DNA of 64,000 nt from Spirochaetaceae bacterium (GTDB taxonomy: Bacteria > Spirochaetota > Spirochaetia > DSM-2461). Below are positions 40,905 to 51,068 of this stretch, piece by piece. Where the stretch lies: positions 601,968-665,967 of the forward strand of contig JAOPTT010000002.1 in the NCBI GenBank assembly GCA_051531975.1. The letters run 5' to 3'. Under the pieces are notes generated by a model, which worked only from the letters and a program-made list of their open reading frames with translations, ran no database searches and was not told the origin of the DNA. The first letter of the stretch is position 1. Each line of letters opens with the position of its first letter. Made by a program: the position numbers and the translations under genes.

Positions 40905-42515
40905 TTAAAGGTTGTCGTACATCTTTTGGTAATAAGCTACGATATCTTTGTAATTCAGTTTTTCAACTTTTTTAAGGTGGTCTTTCCACTGGTCATCATT
41001 GATTCCGTCAATAACTGAGTTTGCTAAGAATATTTCTAGATACTGTTTAAGGTCAGTCCATAAATAGTTCATCTCTTCATCTTCATCTGTTAAAACATTT
41101 TTAGGTAATTTTGATGGCCAGAAATCAGGATAGAAATATGGTCTTGCCTGCTCAGACCATTGTTGTTTCATAAAAGTACCAGATGTTTCATCTTGTCTTT
41201 CTGAGTATCCAATAATTTCTTTCATTATGAATTGAGTTCCATTTTGAGTCCCTTCTGTCTGTTTATACTCCTCATAACCTACACCTAACTCTGCCAGTCG
41301 ATCATGATTAATGCTATATGTTTTATCTTCTTCATGTAATACTATTACTCCATCCTTAAGTGGGCCTGCAGCAGTCTCTAAAGCATTTAATCCTTCATTT
41401 AAATAGTCACACCATCTAACAAGACCTTCAGGATATTCTGTTTTTGAAAAGATAATCAAACCGTCTTTAATATCCAGCTCATTAGGGTTGTAGATTGCAA
41501 ACTGATCCCCAAACGGACCTACTAGTGGATCTAAAGCGATATATTGATCACCATTAAGTGTCGGTCTTGACCAACCTAAATAAGCTCCAACTATAGGCAG
41601 ATCCTGCTCAATTTTTGCATTAAGTGCTGCACCGTTTTGGGTTAAAGACTCCTGATCCATAATTCCTTCATCAAATAGAGTATGGAAATATGTTAAAGCT
41701 GTTCTATATCTATCTTCAGCAGGGTGAAAGTATAGTTTACCATCCCGGATAGTAGTTTCAGCTTTATTTCTTGCACCTGAAATACCCCATGCACCAAACA
41801 GCTCCATAAAATCATATCCCAACCAGTACTTAGTGAATGTTACTGGAAGTTCATCTGAGTTATCCCCGTTACCATTAGGATCGTTCTCTTTAAAAGATTT
41901 TAAAACTTTATAAAAATCTTCTGTTGTTTTTGGAACTTCTAAATTTAAATTATCTAACCATACTTTGTTAATAAATAATGGCGCACGTAAAGCTGCAAAA
42001 TCCTTAACACCGATAGATGCGTATGAGTAGACTTTTCCATCACCCATATAGGAAGTTGATACTTTTGCATTTGGATATTTTTTATATGCCTTCTGTAAAT
42101 TTGGTGCATATTTTAAGTGCTCATCCATAGGTTCTACTAATCCAGCTTCAATTGCTTCTATAAATAACATATCTTCTAAACCACCGACAAATAGGGCATC
42201 TGGGAGTTCTCCGGAATTAACAGCTAAGTTAACTTTCTCAGTCCAACCGGATGCAGGAACCTCTTCCCAGTTAATGATTACATTTGTCTCTTCCGAGATT
42301 CGTTTGTATGTCTCTTTCTCTTCAAAATACTTTTTTGCTAACTCTGGGTGTGGTACCATAATTGTATATTCAACTGGTTCGCTAAATATAGGTAATCCTG
42401 TTTCATTAAACACTACACCTTCAGATGTTTCACTTTTTTCTTCATTCTGACCACCAGCAAATGATACACTAATAAACAGAACCAACAGTAAACCTAAAAC
42501 TACAATTTTCTTCAT
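40905..42515 (-). CDS. Carbohydrate ABC transporter substrate-binding protein (CUT1)
   Basis: FAGGQNEE leader, SGELPD, FINKVWLDNLNLEVPKTTEDFYKVLKSFKENDPNGNG. Confidence 0.92.
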   Translation of the reverse strand: MKKIVVLGLLLVLFISVSFAGGQNEEKSETSEGVVFNETGLPIFSEPVEYTIMVPHPELAKKYFEEKETYKRISEETNVIINWEEVPASGWTEKVNLAVNSGELPDALFVGGLEDMLFIEAIEAGLVEPMDEHLKYAPNLQKAYKKYPNAKVSTSYMGDGKVYSYASIGVKDFAALRAPLFINKVWLDNLNLEVPKTTEDFYKVLKSFKENDPNGNGDNSDELPVTFTKYWLGYDFMELFGAWGISGARNKAETTIRDGKLYFHPAEDRYRTALTYFHTLFDEGIMDQESLTQNGAALNAKIEQDLPIVGAYLGWSRPTLNGDQYIALDPLVGPFGDQFAIYNPNELDIKDGLIIFSKTEYPEGLVRWCDYLNEGLNALETAAGPLKDGVIVLHEEDKTYSINHDRLAELGVGYEEYKQTEGTQNGTQFIMKEIIGYSERQDETSGTFMKQQWSEQARPYFYPDFWPSKLPKNVLTDEDEEMNYLWTDLKQYLEIFLANSVIDGINDDQWKDHLKKVEKLNYKDIVAYYQKMYDNL

Positions 42516-42548
42516 TTAATTTCTCCTTTTTATATATTGATAAATCAA

Positions 42549-43448
42549 TTAACCTTTAATTGATCCAATCATGACACCTTTAACAAAATGTTTTTGAACA
42601 AGTGGATAAATCATTATTATTGGTAGTGATGCAACAATTATCATTGCATACTTCATTGTTTCTGCCTGTTTTGTCATCTCTTCAATCGCTTCAGGATCTG
42701 CATCGATCATTACTGATTGGTTTGCCAATAATATATCCCTTAAAATAAGTTGTAGAGGATATTTATTCATTTGATTTAGATAGATTAGAGACTTAAAATA
42801 GTCATTCCATTGACCTACAGCGTAATATAAAAACATGATCGCAATTATCGCTTTAGAGTTAGGTAACACAATACGAAAGAAGAACTGAAACATATTACAA
42901 CCATCGATATTAGCCGCTTCCCATAACTCTTCAGGAATACTGTTTGAAAAGAATGTTTTGGCAATGATGAGATTCCATATCCCAAGACTTCCAACTATTA
43001 CAACTGCTGCTCTTGTATTGATTAACCCAAGCTTCTGTACCTGAATATACGTAGGGATTAACCCTCCTCTAAAATACATGGTTAGGAGGAAAAACCAAAT
43101 GATAAACTTATACCCTACCATATCTCTTCTAGATAATGAGAATGCTGCAAATACTGTCATTATTACTGCTAAAGAAGAACCAAATACTGTATAAATTATT
43201 GTATTTTTATACCCCATCAGTATTCTAGGATCTGTTAATACCATTTTGTATGCACCTAGATGAATCTGTTTAGGAAGGAAAAAAACTTCTCCTCTATTTA
43301 CAAAATGCGCATCGCTTATTGAAGCAATAACGACAAAGTAAAGAGGATAAAGAGTAACAACAAATACTACACTCAATATTACTATAATTACTTTATCAAA
43401 TACTTTATCACTATCTATTTTTAACCTCTTAGTTAATGTCATGTTCAT
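42549..43448 (-). CDS. Carbohydrate ABC transporter permease
   Basis: EAA loop IPEELWEAANIDGC; QKHFVKGVMIGSIKG C-terminus. Confidence 0.93.
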   Translation of the reverse strand: MNMTLTKRLKIDSDKVFDKVIIVILSVVFVVTLYPLYFVVIASISDAHFVNRGEVFFLPKQIHLGAYKMVLTDPRILMGYKNTIIYTVFGSSLAVIMTVFAAFSLSRRDMVGYKFIIWFFLLTMYFRGGLIPTYIQVQKLGLINTRAAVVIVGSLGIWNLIIAKTFFSNSIPEELWEAANIDGCNMFQFFFRIVLPNSKAIIAIMFLYYAVGQWNDYFKSLIYLNQMNKYPLQLILRDILLANQSVMIDADPEAIEEMTKQAETMKYAMIIVASLPIIMIYPLVQKHFVKGVMIGSIKG

Positions 43449-43469
43449 ACTTATATCTCCTGTTCTATA

Positions 43470-44390
43470 TTAAAATAGACTCGTTTTTGTTAGTTTTTTT
43501 GCGACACTATTAGCAGTAATTAGTAAAATAATATTAATTACTGTATTAAATAGTTCTATTGCTGTTGAATAACTAAAATTACTTTGAATGAGTCCAACCT
43601 TGTAGACATAGGTTGATATTACTTCTGAAGCTCCTAAGTTTGCTCCATTTTGCAGTAGATATACCTTTTGAAATCCTAAATCCATTAACTTTCCAATTCG
43701 TAATACAAACATGATGATTATTGTCGGCGCTATACTAGGAAGATCGATATGTATGATTCTTTGGAGCTTATTGGCACCGTCTATTATGGCTGCTTCATGT
43801 AGATCAGGAGGAACTGATGATAGTGATGCAATATAGATTATTGAACTCCACCCAGCAGATTGCCAAATACCTGATCCTACAAAAATATGTTTAAATAACC
43901 CAGGTATTAACATAAAGTTTATTTTATCACCACCAAAGTGACCTATAACGTTATTAATAACACCGGTATTTACAGATAAAAACAGGGTAACCATACTACA
44001 TAAAACAACAACAGAGATAAAATGGGGCATATAGGTTATCATCTGAACAACTTTTTTAAATCTTCTACTTGGAGAGTAATTTAATACTAAGGCAAGTACT
44101 ATCGGTATTGGAAAAGTAATTAAAGATAGGATATTTATATTGATAGTATTTTTCATAATACTACCAAATTGAGGAGAACCAATAAATCTGGCAAAGTGTT
44201 TTAATCCAACCCAGTCACTGCCCATTATACCTTTAAGCATAGAAAACTTTTTAAATGCTAATGTTATTCCATACATAGGTATATAAGATAATAAAATCGT
44301 ATAAATTATTGCTGGTAGTAGTAGTATGTATAGTGGAATACTTAATTTAAACCTTCTTTTTAATGAAGCTGTAAAATATTTATTTTTCAT
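43470..44390 (-). CDS. Carbohydrate ABC transporter permease (LplB-like)
   Basis: YIPMYG, WVGLKHF, LHEAAIIDGA; start set at MKNKYF (frame is open to 44444). Confidence 0.9.
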   Translation of the reverse strand: MKNKYFTASLKRRFKLSIPLYILLLPAIIYTILLSYIPMYGITLAFKKFSMLKGIMGSDWVGLKHFARFIGSPQFGSIMKNTININILSLITFPIPIVLALVLNYSPSRRFKKVVQMITYMPHFISVVVLCSMVTLFLSVNTGVINNVIGHFGGDKINFMLIPGLFKHIFVGSGIWQSAGWSSIIYIASLSSVPPDLHEAAIIDGANKLQRIIHIDLPSIAPTIIIMFVLRIGKLMDLGFQKVYLLQNGANLGASEVISTYVYKVGLIQSNFSYSTAIELFNTVINIILLITANSVAKKLTKTSLF

Positions 44391-44557
44391 TTTAATAATA
44401 CCTTTAATATTCAATTTTTTCGAACGACTAAATAATCCTACCATCTATATACCGTTCGTAAATAAACTTATATTGAACTATTAAAGGTGAGTGTACATAT
44501 TAGAGTTGATATTAGGTATATATATACATTTTTTGAATAATAATTAACTATTTTCAA

Positions 44558-46735
44558 TTAAGGTCTATTATTTGCTCTATATTCACCAGGGGTTAAACCT
44601 TCACTTTTTTTAAAACTTCTAATAAAACTAGATGGATGATATCCACCAATCTCAGAAACTATATCAGAAATAGTCATACCAGAGTTTAATAACAGATTTT
44701 TTGCCTCATTAATCCTTATTTCATTTATGTAGGTTGAAATGTTTTTATCAAAATGAGTCTTAAAGAAGTGACTTACGTTAGATAGAGATGTATTAAATTC
44801 ATTTGCAATTAATTTAACACTAAAGTTATTTGTTTTATAGTTTCTATTTATATAGTTAACAATTTCATCTCTATTTAAAGATGATTTTTTACTATTATTA
44901 TTAACTTTCTTCTCTTTTTCAATAATAGATAAAATGTCACTTACTATTTTATCAATAATATTCTCAACATTTAGAATAGAATCAAAATTAGAATTGTGAA
45001 TTAGATAAGAATATTTATTAAAAAGATTATCGCAATTGATGTCCAATTCTGTTAAAGCCTGAATTGAAGTATTAACTATATCGTGGATGATGTAGATCCA
45101 TATATATTCATCACTAGGGTGGGATCTTAAAACATCCTTAAAAATATGACTTTTCCTTCTTATACTTTTTGCATCCATTTCACTAATTGCCCGGGAGAGG
45201 TTTTCAATATTTGTACGATCATATAGTGACTTTTTATATCTTTTTACTTTTAGTTTATTATAAAAAGATATGGTTTTGTTTTTTGTTCTACTATTCTGAA
45301 GTGATATAAGAGCTTGACAGTAAGATCTATTTATTTTCTCTATATTCTCAACAAAGTCACCTACTCCTACAGTTATAGTGGATTTTTCTATTTTATCTAA
45401 ACCAATAGATTTTAGAAGGTTTTCAACATATATAAAATCGTCAAACTTACTACCTACAACTAAGATAATATTATTACTTTCATATAACTCTGCATAATAT
45501 AAATCCTCAATCTTTTGTAATTTTAATCCAATTGATTCTTTAATCTCTTTATTGTAAATATCTAAACAGATACTAATATAATAGTTACTATTTGTATTTA
45601 TACCACTTAGATTACACTCTTCTGCTACTTGCTCTCTATTACTAGTTGTATTTGATATTAGTTTTAAAACTGTTCTTTCACAGATATATTGTTTATTTAT
45701 ATTAGTTATATTTTTATTCTGTTCTACTAAACGTTCTAATATAAATCTAGTGGTATCTAGTTCTCCACTGTCTTTACCATTATATTGAAAAAGGTTGCTA
45801 GCAAACGTTGACAATCGTTTAATTGGGAGATAATTAAACTTCATAGCAAACAATATCCCAATCACTCCTAATAAAAGTGAGACAACAAGTGAACCTAAAG
45901 ATATAATTTTTAAAGGGTATGTAATTTTATTTATATAATCATTAGATAGATAAAGTTTAATTGAAAACTCCTCTCCTCTACTCTGTTTTAGACTATTTAA
46001 AGAGATGTAATCATTAAAATTTGAATTATTGGATAAAAATGTGGGATCGTTATAATAGATAATACTATCACCTATATTTATAATAATTTTAAACTCCGAA
46101 TCTAATAATAAAGGTTTAACGATTTCAGAGATAGCATTATAATTAATATGAAATATAACTGTAGATCTTGTTGCTTTATTTCCAGTAAATGACTTTTCAA
46201 TAGGAATAACACAAGTTGTAAATCTCCTTTTTTCACCATAAATTGTTAGATCTGACATTGGTATCCACTTAGCACTACATGTAGATGTAAACAGATTAAT
46301 ATAATCAATATTTTTAAAAAATTCGTTTTTTATAACATCATTACAATATCTGTCTATTGTAAATGTATCTACACCATAGATATAACCAGTACTATTAGAT
46401 GAGAAGTATGCAGTATCTATAAAACTATTATTTGATGTATATTTCCTCATTGTAATTTCTATATTAATAAAATTAGCACTGTTATCCTTAAACTTATAAC
46501 TTTTAAACATATTATCCTGTATGATCTGTTCGGTAATACTATTAATATTAATAATTTCTGATTCCAAAATGGTGTGTATATTATTTAAATTATGCTGATT
46601 TCTTTTTATTATCTCAGACTCATAATATCTATTAATTACTGTAGTAGTAAAAAGTATAAATATCATTATTGGGATTAACAATATAACTGAGTATGACAAT
46701 AAAAATTTAGACTGAATAGACATTTTATTTACCAA
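44558..46735 (-). CDS. Membrane-anchored AraC-family regulator with extracytoplasmic sensor
   Basis: Two TM segments, large periplasmic region, C-terminal AraC HTH (SSFIRSFKKSEGLTPGEYR). Confidence 0.88.
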   Translation of the reverse strand: MVNKMSIQSKFLLSYSVILLIPIMIFILFTTTVINRYYESEIIKRNQHNLNNIHTILESEIININSITEQIIQDNMFKSYKFKDNSANFINIEITMRKYTSNNSFIDTAYFSSNSTGYIYGVDTFTIDRYCNDVIKNEFFKNIDYINLFTSTCSAKWIPMSDLTIYGEKRRFTTCVIPIEKSFTGNKATRSTVIFHINYNAISEIVKPLLLDSEFKIIINIGDSIIYYNDPTFLSNNSNFNDYISLNSLKQSRGEEFSIKLYLSNDYINKITYPLKIISLGSLVVSLLLGVIGILFAMKFNYLPIKRLSTFASNLFQYNGKDSGELDTTRFILERLVEQNKNITNINKQYICERTVLKLISNTTSNREQVAEECNLSGINTNSNYYISICLDIYNKEIKESIGLKLQKIEDLYYAELYESNNIILVVGSKFDDFIYVENLLKSIGLDKIEKSTITVGVGDFVENIEKINRSYCQALISLQNSRTKNKTISFYNKLKVKRYKKSLYDRTNIENLSRAISEMDAKSIRRKSHIFKDVLRSHPSDEYIWIYIIHDIVNTSIQALTELDINCDNLFNKYSYLIHNSNFDSILNVENIIDKIVSDILSIIEKEKKVNNNSKKSSLNRDEIVNYINRNYKTNNFSVKLIANEFNTSLSNVSHFFKTHFDKNISTYINEIRINEAKNLLLNSGMTISDIVSEIGGYHPSSFIRSFKKSEGLTPGEYRANNRP

Positions 46736-46872
46736 GTATTAGCTCCACAATTAATATTGTTCTATCTTTTATCCGACTTTTGCTGACACGGAGTAAGACT
46801 ATTATAGCATATGTTTTTTATGTACATTATTAATGTTGGATTGAGTATAATACTTTAATATTATAGTTTAAA

Positions 46873-46909
46873 TGTTACATCTGAGAAGATATTTGTTACA
46901 TTTGAGAAG
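46873..46909. repeat. 16-bp direct repeat with 21-bp period (candidate regulator binding site)
   Basis: TGTTACATCTGAGAAG and TGTTACATTTGAGAAG; inverted half-site TGTAACATTTA at 47064-47074. Confidence 0.65.
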
Positions 46910-47197
46910 TGCAATTTCACAGACATTTAATATACAGGCTCTATAATTATGCTGTTTCTGAAATCTCTTTTCATATACAAATTTGACTAAATATTCTGCT
47001 ATAATCAGTCGTAGAGTACAGTCAATGGCTCAGACTTCTGCCTTCTGCCTTGACTGGGAAGATTGTAACATTTAGAATTAAAGATATCTGGAAGATGTCT
47101 ATTACGGAATAAAAGACAAAAACCAGTGTAGGTGTGATTAGTCATCCAGGAGCATAATCCAGGTAACTACCCCCTGGACTCCTAAACGGAGACCATT

Positions 47198-49846
47198 ATG
47201 ATTGAAGAAAAAAACGAAATGAAATCCACTATCCTAATTGTAGATGATCAAATTATCTTCATTAAAATCCTTGATGGCATGTTAAAAGATGAATACCATA
47301 TTCAGTCAGCCAGCAACGGAAAGCAAGCCATTGATATCGCAATGGGAAAAGATCAACCCGATCTGATTCTTCTGGACATTGATATCCCACAAATGAACGG
47401 ATTTGATATCTGTCGAAACCTTAAGAACAATGATAAAACCAAACATATCCCTATCATCTTTATCTCAGCTATGAATGGCACCGAAGATGAAGTTAAGGGT
47501 CTGGAACTTGGAGCCGTGGACTTTATCCATAAACCCTTCCAGTTCAATATCGTTAAAGCCAGGATAAAAACACACCTGAGTCTGAAACTCCTTGATGATC
47601 TGGACAGTGCCAATAAAGCTCTGCAGACCGCCATGAGAAACCTCCATACAACTAGGGTTTCTGCAGGGGTCTACTGGGTTCAGATCCCCGAGGCGAACCT
47701 TTATATCCTCTGCGGATGCCCCGCCGACGTTGTGAAGCATCTGATGAAACGAGGCCTTATCTCCACCGTTAAAAAAGGGGATACCATGTACGAAAATGGG
47801 CCTAACGCAATCCTGCTGTCAGATATGATGATGCAAAATGGAAAATTCGCCAACCTCTCGGAATTTCCCATCCTCCAGATGTTTTACCGCCAGGGCATGA
47901 TCATACCCAACCATCCGGGGAACACCGGAGAAAGGCCAATCCTAATAGGCCGAGAGGATCAGGTAAAATCCCAAATGAACTACATCTACCGAGGAACATA
48001 CGGTATGACATCCATGGAAGAAATCATGGAAGCTGGGGTTTCGCAAGAACTTGCCCAGGAGATTATAGAAATGAAGTTGAAGTTCGCCTATGGTAATATC
48101 CGAGCCACAGAAGAAGCCTTAGATTCAGTTATAGTAAATAAAGAGTTAATAGAGATTAAGAACGGAGTTTATATCCGGAGGGTCGATCACAACCGCTATG
48201 AATTCCAATACAAAGGTTTATCCACCATAATTGACTTAAACTTACAGCCCAGGGAAAATTACGAATCCCCCTACGAGCTGGGGTACCACGAAATAGAACG
48301 TGAGTATTTTGCGGTGATACACTCAGGAGAAGGTAACGGCTGGGATGTCAATCGACCATCTATGGGTAGCGTCTTAATGTACCAAGGTGAAATCTATCTT
48401 ATTGATGCCGGCCCCAATATACTATCGACCATCAGAGCCCTAGGCATTGATATCAGCGAGATCAAGGGTGTGTTTCATACCCATTGCCATGACGACCATT
48501 TTGCCGGTCTTCCATCCCTTATGCGTTCGGATCATAAAATCAAATACTATGCGACTCCCCTGGTTCGGGAGTCGGTAGCTCGAAAACTGGCCTGCCTCAT
48601 GAACATCCAGGAACAGGACTTCTACCAGTACTTTGATGTCCACGATCTTGAGCTCGATAAATGGAATAACCTTAATGGCCTTGAAGTAAAGCCACTATTC
48701 TCCCCTCATCCCGTAGAAAACAACCTTTTTATTTTCAGAACAATGGGAGAAGATGGATACAAATCCTACGCTCACTGGGCTGATCTTATATCCCAGGACC
48801 TTTTAAAATCCATGGTGTCCTTACCTGGGAAACCAGGGATCTCACAAAAGTTCTATGAAAAAGTCCTGGAAGACTACCATTATCCAGCGGATCTAAAAAA
48901 ACTGGATATCGGTGGTGGGATGATACACGGACAGGCCGGGGATTTTCGGAATGACCTATCTGGAAAAATTATTCTGGCTCATAAAGATGTGGCTCTGTCC
49001 GACATCGAAAAAGAGGTGGGCTCCCAGGCTGCCTTCGGGGTCATGGATGTCCTGATTCCCTCGTATCAGACCTACCTGCGTAAACAGGCCTTTTCCTACC
49101 TTAGAGACTACTTCCCTTCGGTTCTAGCGAACCAACTCCAAACCCTCCTGAACTCTAAAATGGTATCCTTTAATCCAGGAACCATAATACAAAAAGGAGG
49201 AGAACAGGTTCAATGGGTCTACCTGATTCTTGCGGGGAGCGTTGAATACATCCAATCGGATTCCGGTATACATAACAGCCTGTCAAATGGTTCTTTTGTA
49301 GGTGAAATATCCATCCTACGAAAAATACCGTCAGTTGGAACTTTTCGGGCGCTATCTCATGTTAAGGCTCTGCGCTTTTCATCCTACCAGTATCAAACCT
49401 TCCTAGAAATAAATGGTTTGTATAAAGAAATGAATAAAATTATCAATCATGTGCAATTCCTTCAGAAAACCTCCCTCTTCGGTGAAGGGATATCCTATCC
49501 TATCCAGAATAAAGTAGCACAGGTCCTTAAGTCATTGACAGTCTCTGACGGTCAAATCGTAATTCCGGAAACCATCAAAAGCCTATATATGGTCAAATCT
49601 GGAGAGATTCAACTTGTCCACCCCTCGGGTCATATTTCTGAAAAATTGGGATCTGGCACCTACTTCGGCGAACAGAGCTTTTTTTCTTCAGAACCCTTCC
49701 AATTCAAGGTCGTGGCAACAGGAATAACCGAATTGTATCTAATCCAGGATTATTCTCTCCTTGAGATTCCTATAGTGCACCTTAAGCTCTTAGAAACACT
49801 TTCAAAAAGAAAAATCATCCTTGAGAATGTTTTTCCAGGCTTATAA
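47198..49846 (+). CDS. Response-regulator receiver + metallo-beta-lactamase-fold hydrolase + two cNMP-binding domains
   Basis: REC (IVDDQ, LLDIDIP, DFIHKPF); LIDAGP, HTHCHDDH MBL motif; cNMP domains (LILAGSVE..GSFVGEISIL; VKSGEI..GTYFGEQS). Confidence 0.85.
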   Translation: MIEEKNEMKSTILIVDDQIIFIKILDGMLKDEYHIQSASNGKQAIDIAMGKDQPDLILLDIDIPQMNGFDICRNLKNNDKTKHIPIIFISAMNGTEDEVKGLELGAVDFIHKPFQFNIVKARIKTHLSLKLLDDLDSANKALQTAMRNLHTTRVSAGVYWVQIPEANLYILCGCPADVVKHLMKRGLISTVKKGDTMYENGPNAILLSDMMMQNGKFANLSEFPILQMFYRQGMIIPNHPGNTGERPILIGREDQVKSQMNYIYRGTYGMTSMEEIMEAGVSQELAQEIIEMKLKFAYGNIRATEEALDSVIVNKELIEIKNGVYIRRVDHNRYEFQYKGLSTIIDLNLQPRENYESPYELGYHEIEREYFAVIHSGEGNGWDVNRPSMGSVLMYQGEIYLIDAGPNILSTIRALGIDISEIKGVFHTHCHDDHFAGLPSLMRSDHKIKYYATPLVRESVARKLACLMNIQEQDFYQYFDVHDLELDKWNNLNGLEVKPLFSPHPVENNLFIFRTMGEDGYKSYAHWADLISQDLLKSMVSLPGKPGISQKFYEKVLEDYHYPADLKKLDIGGGMIHGQAGDFRNDLSGKIILAHKDVALSDIEKEVGSQAAFGVMDVLIPSYQTYLRKQAFSYLRDYFPSVLANQLQTLLNSKMVSFNPGTIIQKGGEQVQWVYLILAGSVEYIQSDSGIHNSLSNGSFVGEISILRKIPSVGTFRALSHVKALRFSSYQYQTFLEINGLYKEMNKIINHVQFLQKTSLFGEGISYPIQNKVAQVLKSLTVSDGQIVIPETIKSLYMVKSGEIQLVHPSGHISEKLGSGTYFGEQSFFSSEPFQFKVVATGITELYLIQDYSLLEIPIVHLKLLETLSKRKIILENVFPGL

Positions 49847-50027
49847 TCCCGTGGTGTAGTTTAATACTTCCGTCCAAAAGAACACAGGACTAAAAGAAAG
49901 CTATCTACACTTGTACATAATGAAGAAGTTTCAGATAATATTGGTAATAAGTTAGAAACTTAAAATATTGGTGAGAAAGATCTTAAAGTCGTTGAACTTT
50001 AGAAGATCTTCTGGGTTAGAGGTATAA

Positions 50028-50693
50028 ATGAGTAATTTAGTAAAAGCAGTACTGTTTGATATGGATGGAGTATTAGTAGATTCGGAAAAGTTTATCTGCC
50101 AAGCTGCAATAAGCATGTTTAAAGAACTTGGATTAACTGTTAAAGAAGAGGATTTCCTGCCTTTTGTAGGTGCTGGAGAGAATTCTTACCTTGGTGGGGT
50201 AGCAAATAAATACGACCTGGATTTTGATTTAACTAAGGGCAAAAAAAGAACATACGATATCTACCTTGAGATGATAAAGGGTAAACTTAACTGTCTTCCT
50301 GGTGTAGAAGAGTTTATTAAAGAGTGTAGAAAAAGAGATATTAAGATTGCAGTTGCAACAAGTGCAGATTATGTAAAGATGAATGCTAACTTAGAGGAGA
50401 TTGGACTACCAGCACAAACTTTTGATGCTGTTGTTAATGGTCTTCAGGTGGAAAGAAAAAAACCATACCCTGATATCTATAAATTAGCAGCTTCTTTAAT
50501 AGATGTAGACCCTAAAAACTGTCTGGTTGTAGAAGATGCAATAAATGGTATTGAAGCAGCAAAAGCAGCCGGTGCTAAATGCCTTGCTTTAACAACCAGT
50601 TTTCCTAGGGATTTATTACAACAAGCTGATTGGATCATACCAGATCTATCATATGTTAATGAAGTTATCGAAGAGATGTTTGTTATTAAATGA
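50028..50693 (+). CDS. HAD-superfamily (beta-PGM/CbbY-like) phosphatase
   Basis: FDMDGVLVDSE, VATS, KPYPDIY, VVEDAINGIEAA. Confidence 0.93.
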   Translation: MSNLVKAVLFDMDGVLVDSEKFICQAAISMFKELGLTVKEEDFLPFVGAGENSYLGGVANKYDLDFDLTKGKKRTYDIYLEMIKGKLNCLPGVEEFIKECRKRDIKIAVATSADYVKMNANLEEIGLPAQTFDAVVNGLQVERKKPYPDIYKLAASLIDVDPKNCLVVEDAINGIEAAKAAGAKCLALTTSFPRDLLQQADWIIPDLSYVNEVIEEMFVIK

Positions 50694-50736
50694 TTCATAC
50701 ATTGTTTATACGTTCCTATTGATGTAAGATCCAGTT

Positions 50737-51054
50737 ATGAAGAAAATATTTATACTTACACACCCTAAGAAAAAGAAAGACAGATTATTTGAAGAAGCCA
50801 AACGTGACGTAAAAAAGTACATAAAAAGAGAGACTAGCAAAGCATTGCCAGAAGATTTTGATTCTTGGATATTTGATTGTAGATTTGGTAAAACAGAAGA
50901 TGAAGCTAAAACAATAGATAGGAATGATATAACTAAAAATATTGATGCCGCTCAAAAAGAGGATCTGGATTCATTTTATCTGGAAATATTAGCAAGACCT
51001 TGGAATAAACCCGCAAGTGTATTTATTGATAGATCAGAAGAATCTACTGATTAA
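50737..51054 (+). CDS. Conserved small protein (DUF6172-like)
   Basis: MKKIF.LTHPK..RL.E..K.DVKKYIKRE..KALPE..D.W.FDCRFG..SFYLEILA; TTGTTT-17-TAAGAT 6 nt before ATG. Confidence 0.75.
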   Translation: MKKIFILTHPKKKKDRLFEEAKRDVKKYIKRETSKALPEDFDSWIFDCRFGKTEDEAKTIDRNDITKNIDAAQKEDLDSFYLEILARPWNKPASVFIDRSEESTD

Positions 51055-51068
51055 TATAATTTTTTAGT

